From an uncultured Oscillospiraceae bacterium (lineage in GTDB: Bacteria; Bacillota; Clostridia; Oscillospirales; Oscillospiraceae), in the NCBI GenBank assembly GCA_964497655.1, contig CAZCDJ010000002.1, positions 1 to 36,143 of the forward strand: DNA of 36,143 nucleotides, given 5' to 3'. This document shows positions 1-8,024 of this stretch, piece by piece (within the stretch, counting starts at the first letter, position 1; every line of letters starts with the position of its first letter). Made by a program: the position numbers and the translations under genes. The notes under the pieces were generated by a model. The model was not told the DNA's origin. It worked only from the letters and a program-made list of their open reading frames with translations, and did not search any database.

Positions 1-29
1 TATCACACTCAGTGGGGGATGACAATAGG

Positions 30-737
30 CTATCCCCCGCTCTCCCCCATGGCCTCCCGCAGCTTTTCCAGCGCACGCTTCTCAATGCGGGACACATAGC
101 TGCGGGAAATGCCGCAGCGCTCCGCCGTCTCCCGCTGGGTCAGCGGCGCGCTGCCGCCCAGACCGTAGCGCATCCGGATGATCTCCGCCTCCCGGGGTGT
201 GAGCGCCTGATCCACATGCCCACGCAGGGAGCGGCAGCTCTCCGTCAGGGACACCCGCTCCGCCATATCGTCCTCCTGAGCGAGAATATCCATAAGGGAA
301 AGCTCGTTGCCGTCCCCGTCCACGTCGATGGAATCCGAGAGGGACAGGTCGCCGGAGGTCTTGCGCTGGGAGCGGAAGTACATGAGAATCTCATTCTCCG
401 TGCACTTAGAGGCGTAGGTAGCCAGACGCACACCCTTATCCGGGCGATAGGTGTTGATCCCCTTGATGAGCCCGATGGTACCGATGGAGATCAGGTCGTC
501 CATGTCCTCCGTGGGGGTATAGTATTTCTTGATGATATGCGCCACCAGGCGGAGATTGTGTTCAATGAGCATATTGCGGGCCTCCAGGTCGCCCCGCATC
601 CAGCGCTCCACATATTTTTTCTCCTCCTCCGGGGAGAGGGGACGGGGAAACGAACCGGACGACGGCCCAAGCCGCAGCATCAGGAACGCGCTGGACATCA
701 GCAGCGCGAAGGCGTTCAGCAGCATTTGCCACACCAA
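30..737 (-). CDS. sigK: Sporulation sigma factor SigK (pro-sigma-K, sigma-70 family)
   Basis: 235-aa ORF. Hydrophobic N-terminal pro-peptide, then FPRPLSPEEEKKY, NMLIEHNLRLVAHIIKKY, DLISIGTIGLIKG, LATYASKCTENEILMYFR and region 4 ISRSYVSRIEKRAL. EHNLRLVAH and FPxPLS are SigK signatures; SigE has IERNLRLVVY and LPPPLS. Start is ambiguous: TTG 737, GTG 734 or ATG 725, with GAAAGG at 738-743. Confidence 0.85.
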   Translation of the reverse strand: MVWQMLLNAFALLMSSAFLMLRLGPSSGSFPRPLSPEEEKKYVERWMRGDLEARNMLIEHNLRLVAHIIKKYYTPTEDMDDLISIGTIGLIKGINTYRPDKGVRLATYASKCTENEILMYFRSQRKTSGDLSLSDSIDVDGDGNELSLMDILAQEDDMAERVSLTESCRSLRGHVDQALTPREAEIIRMRYGLGGSAPLTQRETAERCGISRSYVSRIEKRALEKLREAMGESGG

Positions 738-843
738 CCTTTCTTCAGGTAATGTATCTTATTCGCCCAGTGCAAGTACACTTGCCTTTCCCTTTCCGAA
801 AAATCCCGCCGCCGCAATCCCCCGGTGCTCCGGACGCGGAGAC

Positions 844-879
844 ACAAAAAACGAACGGAGGAATCAAATCCTCCGTTCG
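844..879 (-). terminator. Rho-independent terminator after the SDR remnant, insulating sigK
   Basis: Perfect 10-bp stem CGAACGGAGG (852-861) / CCTCCGTTCG (870-879) with an 8-nt loop. A T6 run follows on the minus strand (complement of 846-851). It begins 10 nt after the TAG at 889-891. Confidence 0.7.
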
Positions 880-888
880 CCTGCTTAT

Positions 889-1212
889 CTAACGATGTCC
901 ATGGTCTTTCCTGTGAAAGAGGTCGCGCCTCAGCCCGCCGTCGGATTCTTTAGTCGTCGCGAATATGGCCTTTTCAAAGGCTTCTTCTGCATCTCCGAGG
1001 CGCAGCAGATCCAGCTCCGCCCAGCCCACGCGATCCCCGAAGCCCTGCTCTGCCAGCGTCGAGGCCGAGGCCGCCAGCTTCTCCCGGCTCAGATCCGCCA
1101 GAAACACACGCGCCCCCTTATCCAGCAGCGCACGGGCAATCCCCAGGCCCAGGGCGCTGGTACCCCCGGTGACAAAGGCCGTCCTGCCCTCCAGCGAGTC
1201 AAATTCTTTCAT
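889..1212 (-). pseudogene. Truncated short-chain dehydrogenase/reductase (N-terminal Rossmann fragment only, 107 aa)
   Basis: MKEFDSLEGRTAFVTGGTSALGLGIARALL is a TGxxxGxG cofactor-binding motif. The ORF ends after about 107 aa, with no NNAG or YxxxK catalytic motifs, whereas the neighbouring intact SDR is 269 aa. Good RBS (AAAGGGG, 7-nt spacer) before ATG 1212. Terminator immediately downstream. Confidence 0.55.
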
Positions 1213-1228
1213 CCCCATACCCCTTTCT

Positions 1229-2038
1229 TCAGCTCCAGTCATAACAGGGGGAGAGGAGCACACCGCCATCCACCGGGATAATGTGCCCGGTCACAAAGCC
1301 GGCAAGCTCCGAGCCCAGAAATACAGCCACGTTCCCCATATCCTCCGACGTGGCGATGCGGCCGAGGGGCGCACGGGAGGAGTAACTCTCCCGCCAGCCC
1401 GGGACGTTTTGATCAAGTCCCGGCGCATCAATCAGTCCGGGGGCAATGCAGTTGACCCGGATGCCGTATTTCCCCAGCTTGTGCGCCAGGCCCTTGGTAA
1501 GCATCTCCACCGCCGCCTTGGAGGCGCCGTAGTGAATAAGCGTGTCGGAGGGGTTGGTGGCGTTGATGGAGGAGATGTTGATAATAGCCCCTCCCCCCTG
1601 CTCCCGCATAATTGCGGCAGCGCTCTGACAGACAAAGAAAACGCCCCGGGCATTGCTCTCCATCATGTCGTCCCAGTCCTTTTCCCTCATGTCCATCACT
1701 TCCCGGTGGGGGTAAATTCCGGCGTTGTTGACCACGCAGTCAATGCTGCCGAAATCCTCGCGGATTTGCCGGAGCACGCCGTCTATCTCCTCCGTCCGGA
1801 GCTGATCCAGATGATAGGCACCGGCACGAACGCCCAGAGAGCGCAGCTCCTCTACCTTGACCTGTGCCGCCGCGTCGTTCCGGTTGTAGGTAATGGCCAC
1901 ATTCGCCCCTGCCTGGGCAAAACGCCGAGCGATCCCGGAGCCGGAGCCCTGGGCCGCGCCTGTGACCACCACGGTTTTTCCGCTGTAATCCACAAGTCGG
2001 CAAACGCTGTTTTGTTCCATTTGTTCGGAAGCCTCCAT
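1229..2038 (-). CDS. SDR-family oxidoreductase (3-oxoacyl-ACP reductase / glucose dehydrogenase-like)
   Basis: 269 aa. VVVTGAAQGSGSGIA Rossmann motif, NNAG, and catalytic S...YGASKAA (YxxxK). An alternative start is ATG 2020 (MEQNS...), which has a GGAGG 11 nt upstream. Confidence 0.85.
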   Translation of the reverse strand: MEASEQMEQNSVCRLVDYSGKTVVVTGAAQGSGSGIARRFAQAGANVAITYNRNDAAAQVKVEELRSLGVRAGAYHLDQLRTEEIDGVLRQIREDFGSIDCVVNNAGIYPHREVMDMREKDWDDMMESNARGVFFVCQSAAAIMREQGGGAIINISSINATNPSDTLIHYGASKAAVEMLTKGLAHKLGKYGIRVNCIAPGLIDAPGLDQNVPGWRESYSSRAPLGRIATSEDMGNVAVFLGSELAGFVTGHIIPVDGGVLLSPCYDWS

Positions 2039-2350
2039 TTCATCAGAGCCGCGCTTTTTCTTGCGCGAAACTGGTAATTAATGATATAATTTTACTTATA
2101 TTTCTTTTCTCTGGTATGTATCTCCCCCATCAGCCACTTGTTTCGACCACAAAGACCGTTGTAACCGCTGGGATTAATAAACATTTTCATTAAATCGGCA
2201 CACCAAAAGCTATATTTTCTATTTTAAGATATAATATATCATATAAAAATATACTGCCAATATAAAATCAGACGTGATATACTAAATTAAACGCCGAAAA
2301 TCTGATTTGCAAAGCAGCGGGCGTGGAATTTTTGTTTAGGGGATGCTCTT
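2039..2350. promoter_or_regulatory. AT-rich divergent promoter region (SDR on minus, deoR-family gene on plus)
   Basis: 312-bp non-coding stretch, visibly AT-rich against the GC-rich flanks. It contains several TATAAT-like hexamers, including an extended -10 TGaTATACT at 2275-2283, about 68 nt upstream of the GTG at 2351. No good -35 was seen. Confidence 0.35.
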
Positions 2351-3142
2351 GTGTCAAAAAACTCCTATCAGGCGGTCAACAGTCGGCGGGAGGACCTTTT
2401 GCGCTATCTGGCAAATCACCAGAACAGCTCATTATCGGAGATCAGCGCCTATTTTCAGACCTCGGAAATCACAATCCGACGGGATATCGGCGTTTTGGCC
2501 GAGCAGGGACTGGTGGGAAAGGGCTGCAACGGCCTCTATTCGCTGAACTGCGACTGGGCCTTCGATTCTCGGTATTTTCTCCGGTATTCCAGCCGGCATA
2601 AGAGCAAGGCTGCCATAGGTAAGCTGGCGTTGGAGCTGGTAGCCCCGAACTCCTGCCTGTTTCTGGCGGGCGGCACCACCGTGCTGGAATTCAGCAAGCA
2701 TCTGTCCGCTGTCTCCCCGCTTTTCATCATCACTAACAATTTTTATATTCCCATGTACCTGTCTCAGCACCCGGACAACGTGCGAGTGCAGTTTCTGGAG
2801 GGCAATGTGGATTTTCCCGGTATGTCCACCGCCGGGCCACGCGCCTGTGAGACCATCGTCCGCTACAACGCTGATCTGGCCTTTTTCTCCGCGGACGGCC
2901 TGGACCCCCGGGGTGGAGCCAGCAGTGGAGAGGTGGCCCTGAACGACGTGACGAGGGCCATGCTGGCCCACGCAAGAAAACGCGTCCTGCTGATTGACAG
3001 CTCAAAGCTCAACCAAACCGCCATTGAAAAAACTGCCGATATCACGGAGATTGATGTAATCGTCACGGATTCCGGGGCGGAGAGCAGCGATCTTCATAAG
3101 CTGCGGGAGCTTGTGCCCACCGTACTGGTGGCAGAAGAATAA
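2351..3142 (+). CDS. DeoR-family transcriptional regulator
   Basis: 263 aa with a GTG start. N-terminal DeoR-type winged HTH (RREDLLRYLANHQNSSLSEISAYFQTSEITIRRDIGVLAEQGLV). The C-terminal part of about 170 aa is typical of the DeoR sugar-phosphate sensor domain (ADLAFFSADGLD, RVLLIDSSK). Confidence 0.85.
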   Translation: MSKNSYQAVNSRREDLLRYLANHQNSSLSEISAYFQTSEITIRRDIGVLAEQGLVGKGCNGLYSLNCDWAFDSRYFLRYSSRHKSKAAIGKLALELVAPNSCLFLAGGTTVLEFSKHLSAVSPLFIITNNFYIPMYLSQHPDNVRVQFLEGNVDFPGMSTAGPRACETIVRYNADLAFFSADGLDPRGGASSGEVALNDVTRAMLAHARKRVLLIDSSKLNQTAIEKTADITEIDVIVTDSGAESSDLHKLRELVPTVLVAEE

Positions 3143-3154
3143 GCCCGCCGCGCG

Positions 3155-3212
3155 AAAAGGCCGATATCCGATGCAAGTCACTTACTTGCACCGGGTATCG
3201 GCCTTCATTTTT
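3155..3212. terminator. Bidirectional rho-independent terminator between convergent deoR-family and MBL genes
   Basis: 12-bp outer stem GGCCGATATCCG (3159-3170) / CGGGTATCGGCC (3192-3203) with an inner stem TGCAAGT/ACTTGCA. Flanked by AAAA (3155-3158) on one side and TTCATTTTT (3204-3212) on the other. Confidence 0.65.
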
Positions 3213-3239
3213 CAATTATACGGGCGGACGCGTGGCGAA

Positions 3240-4103
3240 TCACTCCATCTCCCAGCGGAAGCCGGAGCCCACCTCCGTGTAGGCGGGAACCAGACGGGAA
3301 AACGCATCCAGCCCCTCCGGCCCGGTGCAGTGGCACACGCCGGCGCAGAGGATGCCGCCCGCCGCGAAGCGGGATGCGGTGGCAAGAATGCGCCCCTTCT
3401 CCGGCGGCATCAGATGGGTGCCGCCGAACACGGCACAGACCCGCTCGCCGGGGAACCGGCGCTCCACCGTGTCCAGAATGTTCATAATGCCGTTGTGGGC
3501 GCAGCCGGTGAGCACCGCCAGACCCGCCCCCGTCCGCACAACGCAGACCTGCTCGTCCCGGAAGGTGTCCGCAGCCAGCTCGCCCCCGGCAAGCTCCATC
3601 CGGGAGGAGGGGTGCACCGCCTCTATCCCTGCGGACACCGGGAAATTTCCAAGGAGATACACGTCGTCCCCCAGCGGGAAAACATCCGCGCTCAGCAGCC
3701 GGAAGCCGGCGATCCGCTGCCGGAAGAAAAAGCCGGGCTCCATGGGCGGCCCCACAAACGCAATCGCGTCCTCGTGGGTGGGCTCCTCCACCGGATCGGC
3801 GCTGTGATCCCACCACTTCCGCCGGAAGAAATCGCTGTGGGCGTAGACCGGGCAGGCGGGGTGAAGCGCCTCGGCCAGCCGAAGAAAGCCGCCGCAGTGA
3901 TCCCAGTGGTTGTGGCTGAAGGCAATGGCCGTCAGCGCGCCCAGATCAATGCCCAGCGCGGCGGCATTATCCATGCAGGCGCCATAGGTGCCCACATCAA
4001 ACAACAGCCGGGTGTTGCCCTGCTCCAGATACATGGAAAGGCCGTATTCGGCCTGCAGCGCGGGAGAAAGCGTGTGGTTTTCCGAGAGTACGGTCAGCTT
4101 CAT
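3240..4103 (-). CDS. MBL-fold metallo-hydrolase
   Basis: 287 aa. Metallo-beta-lactamase zinc motif HxHxDH in AFSHNHWDHCGG, and a later GCAHNG. It is the last gene of the minus-strand operon. Confidence 0.8.
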   Translation of the reverse strand: MKLTVLSENHTLSPALQAEYGLSMYLEQGNTRLLFDVGTYGACMDNAAALGIDLGALTAIAFSHNHWDHCGGFLRLAEALHPACPVYAHSDFFRRKWWDHSADPVEEPTHEDAIAFVGPPMEPGFFFRQRIAGFRLLSADVFPLGDDVYLLGNFPVSAGIEAVHPSSRMELAGGELAADTFRDEQVCVVRTGAGLAVLTGCAHNGIMNILDTVERRFPGERVCAVFGGTHLMPPEKGRILATASRFAAGGILCAGVCHCTGPEGLDAFSRLVPAYTEVGSGFRWEME

Positions 4104-4182
4104 AAATGCCCTCCTTTGTGATGCTATGGGACGGGAGGGGCACAGCGCGCTGCGTCCCCCCCGCTTATGAATCAGAGCCCGG

Positions 4183-5307
4183 TCACTTGACGGCGACAGT
4201 CCTCTGGAAGGTGTCGATCCACTGGGACTTGGCGGTGTAAAGGAAGCTCTCGTCGAACTCCTTCAGGGCGCCGATGGCGGTCTCGCCGAAGGCCAGGTAG
4301 GTCTTGAGCTCGTCGGACATGGTGGCGTTCCGGTTGACGGGGGCCTCATTGAGCATGGCGGCAATCTTGTTCTGGGTATCGTTGCAGATCAGATACTCCA
4401 CAAAGAGCTGAGCCAGCTCGCCGTTCTTGCAGTTCTTCACCACGTTGACGGAGGCGGGGGCGGCAAAGGAGCCCTCGGAGGCGTCCACCCAAGCCATGTT
4501 CAGGCCGCTCTCGGTCAGGCCGGGCATATTGATGTCCATGAAAACGGCAATATTGGCCTCGCCGGTGGTGAAGGCGGTGACCACGTCGGAGGAGGTGGTG
4601 TACCACAGGTCGATGTTGTCCTTCTTCTCCTGCATCAGGGTCATGGCGGCGGACACATCCTCCTGGCTGCCGCCCATGGCATCAGCCATGGCAACCAGCA
4701 TATAGGGGCCGGCGGTGGAGGTCATGTCGGGCAGGGCGACCATACCGGCGTACTTGTCGTCAAACAGCTCCTGATAGGAGGTGGGGGCGGGCAGACCGGC
4801 GCTCTCCAGCGCGTCCACATTGTACATGATGCCGTAGCGGCAGACGGAGTAGCAGGGGCCATAGCCGTCGGCATTCACGGCAAAGTCATAGAGCTCGCCC
4901 AGGTCGGTGACAACGGAGGTGTCCAGCTTCTCGAAAAGCCCGGACTGATTGCCGGTTTCCGCAAAGCTCTTGGTCAGCAGGGCCACATCGGCGGTGGGGT
5001 CGTCCTTCTCGGCCATCAGCTTGTTCAGCCGGTCGCCGTTGCCGCTGGTGGGGTCCACCACGATGGTGCAGTTGTAGGTCGCCTCGAAGTCGGCAGCCAG
5101 ATTTTTCAGTCCGGCCTCAGCCCAGCCCCAGGTGGCAACCACCAGCTCCGCGCCTTCAAAATCCTTGGGTTCGCCGGCTGGGGCGGCGGTAGGAGTGGCG
5201 GCGGCGGGGGTGGCGGTGGGCGCGGGAGCGGGGGTCTTTCCGCAGGCGGCAAGTCCCAGAAGCATCACGGCGGTCAGAGCAAGCGCGGTAATACGGGTCT
5301 TCATCAT
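4183..5307 (-). CDS. ABC transporter substrate-binding lipoprotein (PotD / family-1 SBP-like)
   Basis: Signal peptide with lipobox LLGLAAC-G, a Pro/Thr/Ala linker, then a PotD-like fold. I moved the start from the track's 5322 to ATG 5307 (MMKTRITAL...), which has GGAGGA 7 nt upstream. Confidence 0.85.
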   Translation of the reverse strand: MMKTRITALALTAVMLLGLAACGKTPAPAPTATPAAATPTAAPAGEPKDFEGAELVVATWGWAEAGLKNLAADFEATYNCTIVVDPTSGNGDRLNKLMAEKDDPTADVALLTKSFAETGNQSGLFEKLDTSVVTDLGELYDFAVNADGYGPCYSVCRYGIMYNVDALESAGLPAPTSYQELFDDKYAGMVALPDMTSTAGPYMLVAMADAMGGSQEDVSAAMTLMQEKKDNIDLWYTTSSDVVTAFTTGEANIAVFMDINMPGLTESGLNMAWVDASEGSFAAPASVNVVKNCKNGELAQLFVEYLICNDTQNKIAAMLNEAPVNRNATMSDELKTYLAFGETAIGALKEFDESFLYTAKSQWIDTFQRTVAVK

Positions 5308-5321
5308 GTGCTGTTCCTCCA

Positions 5322-6383
5322 TTAATTTTTATATATACAGATCCGGTCCGGGGGAAAATGCACCAGAACCTGTGCCCCCGCTCCCTGATCCATATAATCA
5401 CTGATGGCGGGATACACCGTTTCCGCAAAGCAGCCGCAAATTTCCAGCCGCGTGGCGTGTCCCTTATAGGTGGCGCTCTGCACCAGACCGGGGACGGTAT
5501 TCTCCCCCGGCGCGGCGCTGAGCCGGATGTTCTCCGACCGGATGGCAAGCGTACAGGGCGTGCCGCTGTCCAGTCCGGCGGCGGCGGCCTCTGTCACATA
5601 GAGGGTGCGCTCGCCGCATGTGACCTCCCGCTTCCCGTCTTTCGCAAGGCCCGCCACACCGTGGATAAAGGTGGAAAAGCCCATAAAATCTGCCACAAAC
5701 GCGCTGGCGGGATGATCGAAAATTTCCTGGGGCGAGCCGATCTGAAGGATTTTGCCCCCGTTCATGATAATGACCCGGTCGGCCAGCGACACGGCCTCCT
5801 CGTGGTCATGGGTAACAAGGATGGTGGTGATGCCCAGCTCCTTCTGGATGCGCTTGATCTCCACCTGCATTTCCAGACGGAGCTTGGCGTCCAGATTGGA
5901 GAGGGGCTCGTCCAGCAGCAAAATGGAGGGATGGGTCACCAGCGCACGGGCCAGCGCCACGCGCTGCTGCTGTCCGCCGGAGAGCTCCCGGGGATAGCGG
6001 CGGTCAAAGCCGGTGAGCTTCACAAGGGACAGAATATCCTCCACCCGACCGCGAATCTGCGCCTTGGGCAGCTTTTGCAGCTTCAGGCCGAAGGCCACAT
6101 TTTCAAACACGGTCATGTGGGGGAACAGGGCGTAGTTCTGGAAGAAGATGCCGATGTTCCGCTTGTAGGGCGGGATTCCGGTCACGTCCCTGCCGTCCAC
6201 CAGAATCGCGCCGGAGAAGGGCTCCGTAAAGCCGGCGATCATCCGCAGCGTGGTGGTCTTGCCGCAGCCGCTGCCGCCCAGAAGGGCGATCATCTCTCCC
6301 TCCGCCACCGAGATATTCATGTTGTCCACGGCGGTGAACTCACCGAACTTCTTTGTTAAGTTTTGCAGCACCAAAGTCGCCAT
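5322..6383 (-). CDS. ABC transporter ATP-binding protein (PotA/CysA-like, with C-terminal regulatory domain)
   Basis: 353 aa. Walker A GGSGCGKTT, ABC signature LSGGQQQRVALARAL, Walker B ILLLDEPLS, H-loop VTHD. Confidence 0.9.
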   Translation of the reverse strand: MATLVLQNLTKKFGEFTAVDNMNISVAEGEMIALLGGSGCGKTTTLRMIAGFTEPFSGAILVDGRDVTGIPPYKRNIGIFFQNYALFPHMTVFENVAFGLKLQKLPKAQIRGRVEDILSLVKLTGFDRRYPRELSGGQQQRVALARALVTHPSILLLDEPLSNLDAKLRLEMQVEIKRIQKELGITTILVTHDHEEAVSLADRVIIMNGGKILQIGSPQEIFDHPASAFVADFMGFSTFIHGVAGLAKDGKREVTCGERTLYVTEAAAAGLDSGTPCTLAIRSENIRLSAAPGENTVPGLVQSATYKGHATRLEICGCFAETVYPAISDYMDQGAGAQVLVHFPPDRICIYKN

Positions 6384-6400
6384 GTTAATTCACCCTTCCG

Positions 6401-7195
6401 TTATTTTACGAACATATCCAGTCCCACGAACTTCTCCATCAGAAGGATGAGCACAAGGGAGCCCAGCATCAGAAGCGTGGAGATCGCCGCCAGCGTGGGG
6501 TCGAAGGTCAGCTCCATATAATTCATGATGCGGATGGGCAGTGTGATGAATTTGGGATTGGAGAGCAGGCTGCTCAGGGCCACCTCGTCGAAGGAATAGA
6601 GGAAGGCCAGCAGCGCCCCCGCAAGAACGCCGGGCTTGGCCAGCGGAATGGTAATCTTGAAAAACACCTGCACCGGGTTCGCGCCCATGGAAGCCGCCGC
6701 GTCCTCCAGCGTCCAGTTGAACACATGGAGCACCGACACGGTGTTTCGCACGATGTAGGGCAGGATAATCACAAAATGGCCGATGAACAGCCGCAGCATC
6801 CCGGGCACGCCGCCAATCTGGCTGTACACCTGCAGCAGCACAAAGGCAAAGGCCACGCCGGGTACATACATGGGGGAGGTAAAATAGTTCAGCAGGGCGT
6901 TCTTCCCCTTGAAATCATACCGGCAGATGGACAGCGCCGCCGTGACGCCCAGCAGCACATCCAGCGCCGTGGCCAGCAGCCCCACCTTCAAGCTGTTAAC
7001 AAGTCCCTCCATGAAGTGGGTGGAGGAGCGAAAAATGTTGGCGTACCAGGAAACGGAAAAGCCCTTGGGCGGAAAGGTCACCACCGCCGTGGGCGTAAAG
7101 GAGGCGATGACGATCACCACCAGCGGCGCCAGCAGGAAGATCATCACCAGCACGGCGATGAGAAGGCTGAACCAGCCGGTTCTCTTTTCACGCAT
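6401..7195 (-). CDS. ABC transporter permease (PotC-like)
   Basis: 264 aa, multi-TM. EAA-type loop LEDAAASMGANPVQVFFKITIP. Overlaps the upstream permease gene by 8 nt. Confidence 0.85.
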   Translation of the reverse strand: MREKRTGWFSLLIAVLVMIFLLAPLVVIVIASFTPTAVVTFPPKGFSVSWYANIFRSSTHFMEGLVNSLKVGLLATALDVLLGVTAALSICRYDFKGKNALLNYFTSPMYVPGVAFAFVLLQVYSQIGGVPGMLRLFIGHFVIILPYIVRNTVSVLHVFNWTLEDAAASMGANPVQVFFKITIPLAKPGVLAGALLAFLYSFDEVALSSLLSNPKFITLPIRIMNYMELTFDPTLAAISTLLMLGSLVLILLMEKFVGLDMFVK

Positions 7196-8024
7196 GTTTG
7201 CCGCCTCCCATCCGTTTCATATAGCGGGAGGTGGACAGCACCACCGCCAGCTGCACCGCGAGAATGGCAAAGAGCAGGATGTAACTGATAGCCGAGGCCG
7301 CGCCCCAGTCGAAATTTACGTTGATCTCCTGCACCACCATGGTGGCCATCATGCGGAATTTGGAGCCGCCCAGCAGCTTGGGCGTCACATAGGAGGTCAT
7401 GCTCATGGTGAAAACCAGCACGCAGCCGGAGATAATCCCCGGCATACTCAGGGGGAAAACCACCTTGGCGAAGGTTTTTGCCGGGCTCGCGCCCAGACTG
7501 TACGCCGCGTATTCCACGTTGGGGTCGATGCTTTGCAGCACGCCCACCAGCGACAGAATCATATAGGGAATCAGCAGATGAATCATACCGATGACCACGG
7601 CCGCCTCGGTGTTCAGGAGCTTCAACGGCTTGGAAATCAGACCAATCCCCTGAAGGAGCTGATTGAGCAGTCCGTTGGTGCCCAGAATCACCATCCAGCC
7701 GTAGGAGCGCACCACGGCGCTGACCAGAAACGGGAACAGCACAATGATAATCATCACGTTTTTCAGCCGGGAGCGGGTGCGGGCGATGAAGTAGGCGGCG
7801 GGATACCCCAGCAGCAGGGAGACCAGCGTGGAGATCAGGGAGACCCGCACGGTGGTCCACAGAATATCCAGATAGAAGGGGTCGGAAAAGAATTTGGCGA
7901 AGTCCGAAAAGCCGTTTTCCAGAAGTGTTTTCGCAAGGATGTACGCCATGGGGGCGACGAAAAAGACCAGCAGCGCCAGCGCCGTAGGCAGCGCCAGCAG
8001 GAGCGCCTCATGCTTTCTTCTCAT
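7188..8024 (-). CDS. ABC transporter permease (PotB-like)
   Basis: 278 aa, multi-TM. EAA-type loop EYAAYSLGASPAKTFAKVVFP. ATGA stop/start overlap with the upstream amidohydrolase gene (8021-8024). Confidence 0.85.
   Translation of the reverse strand: MRRKHEALLLALPTALALLVFFVAPMAYILAKTLLENGFSDFAKFFSDPFYLDILWTTVRVSLISTLVSLLLGYPAAYFIARTRSRLKNVMIIIVLFPFLVSAVVRSYGWMVILGTNGLLNQLLQGIGLISKPLKLLNTEAAVVIGMIHLLIPYMILSLVGVLQSIDPNVEYAAYSLGASPAKTFAKVVFPLSMPGIISGCVLVFTMSMTSYVTPKLLGGSKFRMMATMVVQEINVNFDWGAASAISYILLFAILAVQLAVVLSTSRYMKRMGGGKHA

Noticed and set aside
772-785. Small palindrome GCAAGT-AC-ACTTGC upstream of sigK as a regulatory site
   Set aside because: It has only 6-bp arms and a 2-nt centre. It matches no sporulation-regulator consensus that I can recall with confidence (SpoIIID, sigma-E/sigma-K -10/-35). 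It is too weak to call.
4104-4182. Stem-loop in the SBP-MBL spacer as a terminator
   Set aside because: The best fold is GGGG-A-CGCAG/CUGUG-CCCC, with a bulge and a G-U pair. It is imperfect and has no following U-tract. More likely it is just an intercistronic spacer within the operon.
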